Of a DNA stretch of 64,000 nt, positions 50,196-63,429 are shown piece by piece. The position numbers were made by a program, and so were the translations under genes. The notes below the pieces were generated by a model, which ran no database searches, was not told the origin of the DNA, and saw only the letters and a program-made list of their open reading frames with translations. Within the stretch, counting starts at the first letter, position 1, and the number at the start of each line of letters is the position of its first letter. Where the stretch lies: positions 490,048,001 to 490,112,000 of the forward strand of contig NC_067398.1 in assembly GCF_016432865.1 (NCBI RefSeq), read 5' to 3'. The stretch comes from Antechinus flavipes. Taxonomy: Eukaryota.

Positions 50196-51329
50196 TATGA
50201 AAGTATAAGCTATCTCTCTTATAACAGAAGATAAGAGTCAAGAGTGCCTTTCTAAACCCTAATTTGTTGTTGACAACAATGAAGTGTCCTCAAAGGATAT
50301 AGAAACTAGGCTTCAATGAGGGAAAAAGAAATGTGAATTAGAAAAGGGAAGATGTAGCACCTATTAGAGTGATGGAAAACAGAAGAATGTTACATAAAGG
50401 GGAATTGGAAGGAAAAATAATGGTATGCCATTAGTTTTCGATACAACTCCTCTGTTCAACTTCCTCTTATAAATAATCCTTTCACAAAGGAATCTTTTCT
50501 AAGTCAGCAATTCTAAGGACCTTTTAGGAAAGTTTATAGAGTATTGTGGTCTGCTAAATATCACCCAATAAAGTAGACATGAGTTACCATCAGTCTCTTG
50601 ATAATGAGAAGAGTATTTAATGAGGATTTGAAAGCTCTGGACTTTAAGGGAAATTTCTTGCTCAATACCAATTATGCAAATCTATAGAAAATGACCTGTG
50701 AGAAAATAGTATCAAATAAAAGCCTTATGAGATACACAGCATCTCTACAAAGAATACAGCATTAAATACCAAATTATTATCTACCTCTCTTTGGCCCCTG
50801 CTTGTACTACTTGACATGTGAATGAAGTTAAGAAGAGAGCATAGATAAATGCAGATTCCTGCATAGTTCTGACTCTCATAGAAATTGAAAGAGTGCTTTG
50901 GTATCCTAATAACACAGAAGGGAAATACTGAGTAAAATTTCTCTCTCTCCTTCCTGGTTCTTCTAATCTGGGAATGTGACATTTTACTTTCCTTCTGTCT
51001 TTCTAAAACCTTATATCCTCTGCCCCTGAGTTCATTGTGAGGGGAGAGTCTATTGTTAATTTTCCAGGGAGCATTTATACCTTAGAAATCAATAGATGGC
51101 AACAAAAGAGGATTTAATTTATTGTTTTGATGATTGTTTAGACATAAAAGGGATGAAGAAATTGTTAATTATATTGATCAAACTTAAAAGTGTATCTTGC
51201 ATACATTTTTCCCTATGTAGTCAGTTGTTTAATATTTACTAGCATACCCCTGGTTAGAGGCAAAATGATGTACCTTTTATATTTCAAAAATTATGCAGTC
51301 AATAGGACTCCATCTTCCTTTTAGGCTCA

Positions 51330-52690
51330 GATTAGCATTTTTTAATTAAAAATATATGAACTTAAACATCAATATTTTCACACCTAAAACATAAAAGTGA
51401 TTTGTGTAGAAACTGGATTTCTATTATAAAGGTTTTTATAAACAAACATTAAATTTAAAATGATATTGCCCAACATTGCCCCCTTAAAAATATCTTCTTG
51501 CTTTTTGAGGAGCATGTTAAATGTTCCATTATGTTCTTTTTTTTTTGTATTTTAATGTCATTATTTTTCCCTCTCCACATTCTACTATTTTTCCTCTTCA
51601 ATAAAGTCCACCTATGTAACATCTAAGTGTAGTTAACTAAAATAAATACAGTGATCATTTCTTAAAAGAAGTATATCTCACTAGGCATCCCTAGCCTATC
51701 ATCTTCCAAAAGGTAGGACACAGGTAACATCATCATCAATGTTCTGGACTCATAAGTTTTTAAAAGTTATTTTACTTTACTTTATTATATATCTGTATGA
51801 ACTAGTCTATTGGTACTCCTCACTTTATATCAGTTAGTATGTTTTTTTCCCCAATTTTCTCCAAATCTTCTTTTCTTCATTTTGTTTAAACAACAATATT
51901 CCATTACATTCATATTTTGTTTTGTGAATTATAGGCACTTACTTTGTTCCCAGTTCTTTGCTATGATAAAAATAGTAACAAATATATATATATTAAAAAA
52001 AACTAACTATGGGTCTTTCCCTTTGTTTTTGATATTTTGGCAATATATATGTATTATTGATTTAAAGATTCTGCATAATATAATGATTTTTAGACATACT
52101 ACTAAACTTTTTCATAAGATTATTAAAAGTTAAATCTTTAACCTAAAGTGTTAAACCAAACTTTAGCTATTCCAATAATGCATTAGTTATGGAACACTGT
52201 GGGCTATAGTCCACAGACTATGCAACAAATATAATTGTCTTATTTTTCATTTTTCATTTATTTTAAACTTAAATACAAAATAGGAAAAGAGGATGGAAAT
52301 GACATTGCCATGTTCAAAGCATAAGAAGGAAAAAGATGATTTAAAATATAAAGTAACAAATTTTAATTTAAAAAAACTCTATGTAATAAGTACTATACAT
52401 TGTCTTCAGAGATGTCCAGCATTCCTTTGTCAGTTTTCTTTTTCAACACATGTCATATATCTATATCTATTATATATGTGTATCTATGTTTCACATAGAT
52501 ACATATACACATATATAGAAACACATATACAAAGATATCTATAATCTATAGTATCTATAATCTATAATCTTACATTATTGCATATATGTAAGACTTCATT
52601 GTGCTTTTTTTTATTTGTGTTTCTCTGAAGGTGGATAGCATCTTTTTTGCATAAGATCGAGTCTTTCAATATTTTTGTAAATCCACCAAC
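51330..52690 (-). mobile_element. Old L1 3'-end fragments (at least two: ~51330-52130 and ~52240-52690)
   Basis: Antisense L1-like tails ('ttattttaaacttaaatacaaaatagg...gacattgccatg'; 'ctctgaaggtggatagcatc'). Confidence 0.6.
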
Positions 52691-52691
52691 T

Positions 52692-53440
52692 CAATAAAGG
52701 CCTCACTTCTAAAATATATAAAAAACTGTCAAATTTATAAGAATATAAGTCATTCCCCAGTTGATAAATAGTCAAAGGATATTAACAGACAATTCTCAGA
52801 TAATAAAATTAAAGTTATATATAATCATATGAAAAAATGCTCCAAATCACTATTGATTAGAGAAATGCAAATTAAAACAACTCTGAGGTACTATCTCACA
52901 CCTTTCAGAATGCCTAAGGTGCAAAAAAAAAGATAATGATAAATGTTGGAGGGGATGTGGGAAAACTGGAACACTAATTTATTGTTGTTAGAGTTGTGAA
53001 ATGATCCATCTATTCCGGAAAGCAATTTGGAACCATGCTCAAAGGGCTATCAAACTGTTCATACCCTTTGATCTAGTAGTATCACTATTGGGTCTATATC
53101 CCAAGGAAATAATAAAGGAGGAAAAGGACTTACATGTGCTAAGTGTTTGTAGTGGCTCTTTTTGTGGTAGCAAAGAATTGTAAAATGAATAGATACCTAT
53201 TAATTGGGGAATGACTGAATAAGTTATGGTATATAAAAGTAATGGAATGCTATTGTTCAATAAAAGATGACGAACAAACGGATTTTAGAAAGACCTGGAA
53301 AGGTTTATATGAACAGATGCTGAGCAAAACAAGCCAAACCAGTAATACATTGAACATAGCAACAGCAAGTTTTTGCCATGATCAACTATGAATAACTTGG
53401 TTCTTTTCAGTGATTCAGTGCGCCAAGACAATCCCACTAA
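52692..53440 (+). mobile_element. L1 ORF2 C-terminus + start of 3' UTR
   Basis: 'caaaggatattaacagacaattctcaga...gaaatgcaaattaaaacaactctgagg...'; ORF 53001-53183 'IWNHAQRAIKLFIPFD...GLYPKEII'. Confidence 0.92.
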
Positions 53441-53619
53441 ACTTTGTGCCTACAATGCTTTAGGCTTTTGGATATATTCCTCATAGATATAGACTATTGA
53501 AGAGGTGACACATAGGATAAGACAGTTTTGTTTTGTGGGGAAAAACATAATAATTTTTTTTTGTAGATAGTGTTTTAGGGATGGCGGTGAGAACATTGGA
53601 TTTTAAGCAATACCCATAT

Positions 53620-53915
53620 GAAGAAATTCAATAACCATAGTTGGGGAAGAATGATGGAGAACACTTGGGTGAAGATCAACTGAGGTGGCAAAAAAGACAA
53701 ATTGTTATTGGAGTATAATATAGACCACTTGGATAAAATTAGGGAATAGATGAATCAGGGAAACAGATTACTCACTTGGCACAGAGTTACGATGTTGTAA
53801 TGAAGGGGACTTCAATTATCCAGGCATTTGCTGGAACTTCCTGCCAAAAACACAACAGCTCACAATTTCTTGGCTTGCTTTAAGGATAAGGTCATACTTC
53901 AAAACAGAAAAGGAT
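53620..53915 (+). mobile_element. L3/CR1 endonuclease-domain remnant
   Basis: Translates with stops and frameshifts to 'IVIGV*YRP' and 'GDFNYPGICW', CR1 APE motifs. Confidence 0.8.
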
Positions 53916-54019
53916 TTAACCATTGTCTGAACTCTTGCAGCAGCCTTCTAAATGAACCTCTGACATCTACTACCTGCCTTTACCAATCCATCATCTACAC
54001 AGCTACTCAAATAATCTTT

Positions 54020-54870
54020 CTTTTCTTTAAATGTTTTATTGATATATTTTATATTCCTTCATTTTTTCGATATATCTCATAGCAGCATCTTTCTTTATAA
54101 CAAAAAATAAAAGAGAAGAAAAAAGTTCAACAAACTATCCAGCACATCAATCAATTAACTTATCCCATATTTCATATTTATAATCTTTATATAATAAATT
54201 ATTATATATAAATATTATATAAATATAATAAATGATATATAAATATAATATAATATATAATATATTTAATCTTATATTCTTATAATATGATATATAATAT
54301 AATTTATAATCTTTACCTCTATTAAAAAATGTACATTCTCATTTTTATTCTGAAGCTAAATTGGTCATTATAATTACCCAGCAATTTTAAATTTTCTGTT
54401 TTCACTGTTGTATATTCTTCTTTCATTGTTGTAATCATTGTACATAGGTCTTGTTCTACTTATTTCATTTTGTATCAATCAATCCATGGAGTTCTTCCCA
54501 TGTTTTTCTCTATTTCTCCCATTCACAGCATTTTTCTGTCTAGTAAAAATAGTCCATTATATTAATATAGCAATTTTTACTTGGCTATTCTCCCAAGAGA
54601 ATTGTATCCCAATTTCTTTTCAATTATTTACTATTATGAAAAGTGATATTATAAACATTTTGGTACATATACATGGAACCTTTCTTTTTATCTTTGATCT
54701 TCCTGGAATATAGGCCAAGCCATAATCAAAGGATGTGGATATCTTACTCGTTTTTCATGTAATTCCCATTGTTCTTTACAATGACAGGGTCAGTTCATAG
54801 CTATATCAAAAATGTATTAATATGCATGTCTTTCCACAACTATCCCCAACATCTATTGATCCAATGTTTT
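54020..54870 (-). mobile_element. Old L1 3' region with an internal AT-rich expansion (54170-54310)
   Basis: 'ggtcattataattac...cattgtacataggtcttgttctacttatttcattttgtatcaatc...ttccattatatt'. Confidence 0.6.
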
Positions 54871-54884
54871 GCTATATATGCTAA

Positions 54885-55495
54885 AAATGCTGTTTGTGGC
54901 CCAAAGTCTATAGAATTATGCATACCCTTTGACCCAGCAGTGTGACTACTGGGATCTGTATCCCAAGAAACTTATAAATGAGGAAAAAGGACCCACCTGG
55001 GCAAAAAATGTTCATAGCAGCTGTTTTATGGTAGCAAATAATTGGAAAATAAGTAGATGTCTTCATCAATTGGGGAATGGCCGAATAAGTTGTGGTATAT
55101 GGAGGTAATGGGACATTATTGTTCTATAAAAAGTGATAAGCTAATTTTGGAAAGACCTGAAAAGATTTACATGAACTGATATCGAGCAAAACAAGAAATA
55201 CATTGTACACAGTAACAGCAAAAAATGTCCAATGATCAACTATGATCATTAACAATGATCAATGGTTCTTCTTAGGGTTTCAGTGATCCAAGGCAATCCC
55301 AGTGAACTTTGAATAGAAAACATCATCTGCATTAAGAAAAAGAATTATGGAGATTGAATGTAAATAAACACATGTATATTCACTCTTTTCTGTTTCTTTT
55401 TCTTACCCATGATTTTTCCTTTTTATTCTATTTTTTCTCTCTCAATATGATTCATAAAGCAATATGTATTTCAAAACAAACAAATAAGTATTTGT
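54885..55495 (+). mobile_element. L1 ORF2 C-terminus + 3' UTR
   Basis: 'gcatacccttttgacccagcagtg...tcaattggggaatggccgaataagttgtggtatatg...catgaactgat'. Confidence 0.9.
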
Positions 55496-55842
55496 GGCCA
55501 TTACAATATAGGATTAACTGCTTGGAAAAAAAAAATGTTGTTTGTGATAAATCCTGAGTTATTTGGATTTGGATTTTTCTTATTACTATTGAGTTGAAAC
55601 AATCTTTCCACATAGTTATTAAATGTGGAATATTTTCCTTTCCTTTACCTCTTGAAAAAAACATAGCCTTTGTGTTCATTGACATATCTGCTATCTGGTA
55701 AACTATATTTTGGATTTCTTCCTTTTTTTTCTTAGAGCTTCATTTAGTATTCGTTGATGTCTTTTGATTTCCAAACATATCTCTGTATTCCTTCCCTACT
55801 CAAAGAATCTTCCTCTGTAACAAAGAGAAATGCATTTCAAAA

Positions 55843-56240
55843 AGAGACATTGACAAACTGGAGATATTCAGAAGAGAGTTATTCCAATTTAGCAGTGTCC
55901 AAAGTCTAGTGTATGTCCTTCTACTTAAAAGACACTTTACAAATATATATTGAATTTAGATCAAACAAGGTGTTAATGCAGCTGTATTATATTAAAGTTA
56001 GTTGAGAAAAAGGAGATTTGAATCTGGAGAAGATAATTTGGATTTAGGTGGGATATAGTTGTTCTCATATATTTGAAGGGCTGAAGTACAATTAAGGAGA
56101 ACAGACATATATTACTTTGGTCCTACCAAAAAAGAATGAGAATCAATAGGCAAATCACTTAGTGAACATAATTAAGAGAATTCCTATATGAAATAGAAGG
56201 CCAGATGAGTTCTAAGGTGCTTTCTAATGCTAAGATTTAA
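55843..56240 (+). mobile_element. L3/CR1 3' end fragments
   Basis: 'gagacattgacaaactggagatattcagaagagag' and tail 'agatgagttctaaggtgctttctaatgctaagatt'. Confidence 0.6.
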
Positions 56241-57149
56241 TTAACTTGATTTTCTTGCTTTCAAGTAGAGCAGCTAGATAGAAACTATAAGCTTTACTTT
56301 AGGAGGCAGTTGCCATTACTTGTATAAATTATTCTTCCAGTTCAAGTTTTACATTATAATTCTTCTGTTTCTGAATCCAGAGTCTCTTGACATTGTTGGC
56401 AGGAGGTGAATCAAGAAAATGAATGGATATCAAGTTATTGTAACAAAGCCTTGAGGGAGGTTGTGGTTGAAACTGTGAGATGCGTGAATTAGATTTACTT
56501 AGTGGCAAGCTCCTGGAATAAGCCAAGGCTGTCCAGGTGGTCTTGAAAAGATCCCAGTGTACCTGGAAATCTCATATAGTCAAACTTAAGGCTGGCTGAG
56601 GTGAATGTGAGAATTTTTCTGAGAAACAAATAAGCCAAGTGCTAGAAAGCAGAGGAAACACTGCTCTCTAACCAAGCAATAGCTATACTTGATGATATTT
56701 GATGAAATGGTGATAAGAGAAAAGAACAAAATCAGATTGTGAAGTGAGATTCAATATAGTAAGTTAATAAAATGAAATGTGGATTTTGTTTACAATTATC
56801 AATTTCCAAAAAATCTTATTCTGAGACTATAATAAGGAATGGAGTTAATCCTTGTTTCTTTCTTTTTTTCAATTTAAAAATTTTTAATTATCAAGAATTT
56901 GTTTTTTCACCCTCCCATATTGAGCTCACTAAGAGGAAACTCATTTTTATAAATAAACATAGTCAACCAAAATGGATTCCCATATTGGGCCATGTCTGAA
57001 ATTGTCTTGTTCCAAATATTAGTCCCTCACACCTGTTAGGAAATGAATAGCATTCTTCATCACTGGTCATCTGGAATTATGTTTGTTCATTATGTTGATG
57101 AGTGTTCTAAAATTTTTCAGAATTATTTGTTTTTACACTTTTAAAAATG

Positions 57150-57265
57150 GATGCAAGTGGGATTAAATGATTAGCTCAAGGTCACACAACTAGCAAGTGT
57201 TGGAGGATGTGAAACTCAAATAATCCAGGGCTGGTGCTCTATCCACTGTACCACCTAATTGCCTC
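57150..57265 (-). mobile_element. WSINE1/CORE-SINE (diverged)
   Basis: 'caaggtcacacaactagcaagtg...ccagggctggtgctctatccactgtaccacctaattgcc'. Confidence 0.75.
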
Positions 57266-58401
57266 TATTTTTATACTATTGATGTTAACTTATTCACTTA
57301 AACAGTGATTTTTGGTTTCTTGAAAACTGTGATAGAGGAGGGTATATTCTGATAGATCTGACTTGACTCAAATTGCTTGGAAGACACATTTGTCACAAGC
57401 CTTCCCTCTGAGAACCACCAGCCCAGCTTAGTTCAGATAAGTTTATGCTAGAAAATTGACCATCAGATGACGACATTTTGTTATGTTATGACTACATTAT
57501 TTCATGAAATCAGGACCAAATGAGATAAGATATGGACAGTGATTTACTTCCTTTAATACCTATATTAGTGAGATAACTACAGTGATGGTGATAAAAATTA
57601 TGTTGAAATTGTCTACCTAGACATGAAATGTTTTGATATGCTTAGAGTGTTTTTTAGGATCTCCAGTACCACTGAATATATTAGTAAAATCATAGAGCTT
57701 TTGATGCATAAAATGGAATGAAAAAATATTTTTGACAATGTATTATACCAGCTCATTTATTCTCAGAAACCAACTTAACCTATGCATAGAAATAAAAACA
57801 CTGCCTTTAAGACAGATAGCATTCTAAATAAATTTTTTGTAGGATTAGATATTTTGTAATCTTGACCTGTGAGCATTGAACAAAGGGATTAGCATCAGAA
57901 TTCACAAAAGTGAAGTTTTATATTGAATATAAGGAAAAAGATTTGAGAGTGAAAAGGAAAGACTGTTTGTGATTATAACTTCAAGATTTACAGTTCCATG
58001 ACAAACTGGCATAAAATCTCAAATTTGAGGCATTATATACAAAAACAGTAGGTAAAACTATGGTTTAAATACATTAGTGAAGGATTTTAGAAGAGTCCTA
58101 GGAAATGACCTAGTGCTTACAATGGAGATTGCATGACATTTTGCATAGCAGGGAAAAGGGAAGTACAAGGATTGCGTGACTATTCGAATCTGTTACAAAC
58201 CCTGACTCAAATAGGTGTTATGAAGAATCTCACCAGATATTCAGCACAAACTGGCAGACCTTTATTTAATGAATGAAGACTGAGAATATGGAGAGGAAGA
58301 AAGGGACAATAAACAAAGGACATTAAAGCTGAATATAAACCTCTACTTTCTCTATCAAGCTAGGAAGGCAACAGATATTTGGGAAACTCAGTGGTATAAT
58401 G

Positions 58402-58654
58402 AGGCATCTAGGTGGTACAATTGATAGTGTTATGCCTGGAATCAGGAAGACTCATGTTTCTGAGTTCAAATCCAGTCTCAGATACTTACTTACTGGCCAC
58501 TAGCTGGGCAAGTCACTTAACCCTATTCACTTCAATTTCCTCATTCATAAAATAAACTGAAGAAGGAAATGGCAAATTACTCCTGTATCTCTACCAAGAA
58601 AACTCCAAATGGTGAGTCAGACATGACTGAAATGATTAATTAATAGTAACAAAA
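58402..58654 (+). mobile_element. MAR1-type SINE, full length
   Basis: 'gaggcatctaggtggtaca...caggaagactcatgtttctgagttcaaatcc...gaagaaggaaatggcaaattactcctgtatctctaccaagaaaactccaaat...gacatgactgaaat'. Confidence 0.92.
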
Positions 58655-59084
58655 TGTGGTGTAATAGAAAAAATGTTGGATTTGAAATTAAAAATTCTGA
58701 ATTTGAATCTTGAATCTGCCGCCTTTCCCCTATATGATCATCTTTTTCAGTTCCCTCAAAGCAATCGAACAAAGCAGAAGTTTGAGCCCCTCTTCCAGTG
58801 TAAAGCTGTGATCTTGTTAACTACAAACAAAATAAGGAAAGCACCCAAGCAGAAAGGTTCCCACAGCTTTTGTGTCTCCAAGATTTAGATCAAACCCTAC
58901 TTTCTGCAGATCTTTCTTTTTCTCTTGAAAGCTTTCTTTCAGATTAGCATCATCTACTTTGTATATATCTTTTATGTATTTAATTATTTATGTGTTGTCT
59001 CCTTCTTTAGAATATGTGATCCTTAAAATTAATAATTTTAATTTTTGCCTTAATTTTATATTTTTTAAATTGTTTTTTAGTTAA

Positions 59085-60112
59085 GATGATAGCTATTTCT
59101 TTTTATAGTTTTTTATTTACAAGATATATGCATGGGTAATTTTTCAGCATTGACACTTGATTTCTTATAAATTAGAGTCAATTCTCTATATATTTTGGAA
59201 ATGAGGCTTTTATCAGAACCTTTGACTGTAAAAAGGTTTTCCCAGTTTATTGCTTCCCTTCTAATCCTGTTTGCATTAGTTTTGTTTATACAAAAACTTT
59301 TTGATTGGATATAATCAAAATTTTCTATTTTGTGATCAATAATGATCTCTAGTTCTTCTTTGGTCATAAATTCCTTCCTCCTCCACAGGTCTGAGAGATA
59401 AACTATCCTATGCTCTTCTAATTTATTTATAATCTCATTCTTTATACCTAGGTCATGAACCCATTTTGACCTTATCTTGGTATACGGTGTTAAGTGTGGG
59501 TCAAGTTTCTGCCATATTAATTTCCAATTTTCCCAGCAGTTTTTGTTAAACAGTGGATTCTTATCCCCAAAGTTGGGGTCTTTGGGTTTGTCAAACACTA
59601 GATTATTAAAGTTATTGACTATTTTGTTCTGTGAACCTAACCTATTCCACTGATCAACTAGTCTATTTCTTAGCCAGTACCAAATGGTTTTGGTAACCAC
59701 TGCTTTATAATATAACTTTAGATCTGTTACAGCTAGGCCACCTTCCTTTGATTTTTTTTCATTAGTTCCCTTGAAATTCTTTACCTTTTGTTTTTCCATA
59801 TGAATTTTGTTGTTATTTTTTCTAGGTCATTAAAATAGTTTTTTGGAGTCTAATTAGTATAGCACTAAGTAAATAGATTAATTTAGGTAGTATTGTCATC
59901 TTTGTTATATTTGCTCGCCCAATCCAAGAGCAAACTTTATTTGTGTGGAAAGTATTTTGTATTTTTGCTCATACAGTTTCTGATTTTCCCTTGGCAGATC
60001 GATTCCCAAATATTTTATACTATCAGTAGTGTCTTTAAATGAAATTTTTCTTTGTAACTCTAACTATTGGATTTTGTTAGTGATATATAAGAATGCTGAT
60101 GACTTATGTAGT
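59085..60112 (-). mobile_element. 5'-truncated, internally deleted L1 (ORF2 fragment) inserted in an L2 3' end
   Basis: ORF 59113-59799 (228 aa; 'GGLAVTDLKLYYKAVVTKTIWYW...NKNCWENWK...SDKSLISKIYREL') is L1 ORF2; joins the L1 terminal sequence at 59155/59156; L2 pieces at ~58900-59050 and ~60115-60192. Confidence 0.95.
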
Positions 60113-61719
60113 TTTATTTTCAAATTTTATCTTTTAAAACAGCATACATTGTGCACAAAATGAACATTTGCTGACTGACTGACAGACTGACAGGTGGCAT
60201 AATCTTCAAGTCAGGGAATGAAGAGGAAGAAGTCCACCACAGCACTATGAAATACTGGTTCATAGCCTTTGTACATGATTACACCAAGTTCTTGATATTC
60301 TTAGGTCAATTGGTGGTAAATTTCATGATTAGAGTATTTCTAGGATATTTAATTAAATAGAATGGCTTTACTTGTCTGGGGGGAAACTGATTTTTATCTT
60401 TAATATTATAGACAGGAAGTCACCTGAAAAGCTACACATTTCTATTAAAAAAAAAAATGCCATTTATCAGAGATTCTAGGAAAGAAAAAGATGTATCTAG
60501 AACAAAGATAGGTTTTCATGTGTTAAGTGAGGCTTAGGAAAGTAAAGCTGTATTTTGGACCATCCCAACTACTTAGAGGGAAAATATAATTTTACTTATG
60601 GAAATAGACATGCTTTCAAATAAGATTATAATGTGATATGCTTTGCTTTGTGAACTAGAAGCTAGAAAGACCTGAACTTTAGCTCAATCATTTTGTGGTG
60701 TGCCTGCTATGGAGAGTGTCTTCAGGGGTACAAAAGCAATCTGATTTTGCTGAGGCATGTCAGCAATTTCTGTCATTAAGATGCTGACATGGCTTGCCTT
60801 GACAGGCTGAAGAAATTTAACCACTTTGATAAGGTTAAAGGGTGTATCCAACCAAGAACAAAAAACAAACAAAATGCTGCTTTAGAAGAGTGAGTACACA
60901 TTCTAGGAACCAATTGTCAAGTGACAACATCACCAACATCCATTACTGCCCTTTCATCCTAAAATAAACAATGCTCTTGATAAAAAGAGCCATTCACATT
61001 GGTGCATTTGTCAATTGCACTGTCGGACATTACAGAAAAGTGCTTGACTGCTGCCAGTTAAAATATATAAAGCTTATTGCAAATACCCTAAATGCCCATT
61101 TCAGAGATTGAGTGGCTCTGACCAAGAAATTCACTTGACATTATGATTTTAGTATGGAGGGAGTAGTGGTATTTAGAGATATGCTGGGAAAATAAGGAGA
61201 TTGGTGATTTTACTTAGGAAATGTAGTGATTATAAAAATCAATGATGGCTGTTGATATTCATTTGATGCCAAAATAGAAAATTCTTATGAAGTGATGTTT
61301 TGTAAATTATTTATTCACTTACGAACTAAACTTTTACTCAAAGGGAAAAATATTACTTATGAATACATAAAAAATGAATGAGCTGAAAACTGATATTGAT
61401 CATATATACTAAATTTTAGTCCCCAACACATCTTAACTTAATAATGTGGTATAAAGCACTCATTTTTAAAGAGGTCAAAATGTCCTTAGAGTTTAAATGA
61501 TCTGTTAAATTTAAAGCCAGTACATGATTATAGTTGAATATACCAGTTACTTTTTTTAATTTTAAAGGAACTAATAAATAGGATGTTATGTTTTAAAAAC
61601 ACTCCTAATTTAAAAATAAAATTTGCAAAGCTATGGCTTGGGTAATGCAAACTTTGATCTTTTGTGATCATAAGCAAGTATTTAACTTTCTGAACTGCCC
61701 TTTAAATTATAGGTTAATG

Positions 61720-62310
61720 TCAGGGGCCTTCATCAACTCATATATGAACTATTGCTGATTAGCTTTTCTGCCCTAAAGTCTTTCTCACTCCTTCACTCAA
61801 TTGTCAAACTTCACTTCTAAAATGCAAGTCTCGTCATATCATTCTATTCTACATTCAATAAATATTACTGTCTCCATATTATCTCTAGATTTGAATAAAA
61901 AATACTCTATTTGGTTTTTAAATAGTTCACAACTTGGTTCCTCTTTACTTTTTTCAGTTTTCTAAGTACCTTACACCTATTCTGAGATCCAATCACTTCT
62001 TGTTCTTTATATTACATACTGACTTCTGACTCTGTGCCTCCCTTGCCAAATGTTATCGCTTTATCTCCACCAATTAAGGAAAGATTTGAAGAAATCTTTC
62101 CTAATTTTTCTTAATATTAGTTCTTTCCCTGTGAGACCACTCTCGATTTATCTTATATATCTTGTTTGTATGTAGTTTGCATGTCTTACCCATTTGACTA
62201 TGAAATTTTTTACTATTGGAACTTTTATTACTTTCTTTATATCTTTGATACTTAATACAGTGCATTGGCACATAGGGTGAGCTTAATCTAGTTGGCTAAT
62301 TGATTAATTT
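61720..62310 (+). mobile_element. L2 fragment to 3' end
   Basis: 'cttctaaaatgcaagtctcgtcatatc...tcttgtttgtatgtagtttgcatgtct...cagtgcattggcacatagg'. Confidence 0.75.
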
Positions 62311-62684
62311 ATAGATAAATTATGCTTAGCTATTTTAAAATTTTTAAAAATATTTAAATATTTTTAAACAGATAGTCCCAATATTCCAAATAATCTTTAC
62401 AAGAGAGATAATATGATATATTAGACAGTTGACTGCAGTATCAGAAAAGTCTGGGATCCAGTGGCTTTGGGATCCTAAACAAATCTCTTAATGTCTCAGT
62501 GCCTTTGACAATTCTTTGACAATAATTTTAAGTTGCAAATAAGGGAGAGGGTCTATAAAGGGGGAGAGCTGTTTGAGGGAGGTGAGGTCAGAAGCAAAAC
62601 AGTGGGGAGGAAGGAAATGGGAACTCTGCTTTGTCAGATGGAATTTCTTTCCTGGGAGTAAAATCACAAGCCTAGTTACTAATT

Positions 62685-63425
62685 TTGCCTAAAACGCTTT
62701 CAAATTGTACATACCCTTTGTTCTTGCCGTGTCTATACTGTGTCTATATCCTAAAAAAATCATAAAAAGGGAAAAAGACCTACATGTGCAAAAATGTTTA
62801 CAGCAGCTTTATTTATAGTGGCAAAGAACTGGAAAGTGAACGGGTGCCCATGAGTTAGATAATGCCTGAATAAGTTATGGTATATGAATGGAATGGAACA
62901 GACTACTATTGTTTTGTAAGAAATGATCAACAGGATGACTTCAGAAAAGTCTAGAAGGACTTACATGAACTGATGCTAAGTAAAGTGAGTAGAATCAAGA
63001 AAACACTGTGTATAATACCAACAAGATTATGTGATGATCAATTGTGATGGACGTGGCTCTTTGCAACAATGAGGTGATTGAATGCAATTTCAATAGACTT
63101 GTAATGGAAAGTGCCATCTGCATGCAGAGAAAGAACTATGGGGACTGAATGTGGATTACAATATAGTATATTTACCTTTTTCATTGTTGTTTGCTTGCTT
63201 GTTTTATTTTTCCTTTCTCATTTTTTTCCCTTTTGATCTGACAAATGTGGAAATATGTTTACAAGAATTGCACGTGTTTCATCTACATTGAATTACTTGC
63301 TGTCTAGGGAGGAAGTAGGTGAAGAGGGAAGAATAAATTTGGAACACAAAGGTTTTGCAAAAGGAAACATTGAAAACTGTATTTGCATGTATTTTGAAAA
63401 ATAAAAGGCTATTATTATTAAAATA
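62685..63425 (+). mobile_element. L1 ORF2 C-terminus + full 3' UTR
   Basis: 'cctacatgtgcaaaaatgtttacagcagc...catgaactgatgctaagt...gacgtggctctttgcaacaatgag...aaataaaaggctatt'. Confidence 0.92.
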
Positions 63426-63429
63426 AAAC

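Noticed and set aside
52240-53440. Head-to-head L1 pieces resembling a twin-priming inversion
   Set aside because: The geometry fits, but the two pieces carry 3' UTRs that look like different subfamilies and I find no TSD; adjacent independent insertions are more likely.
58402-58420. CTCF-like motif in MAR1/WSINE1 heads (gcatctaggtggtac; also 21021-21039)
   Set aside because: MAR1-borne CTCF sites are known from opossum, but these copies have lost the GGC(G) end of the core.
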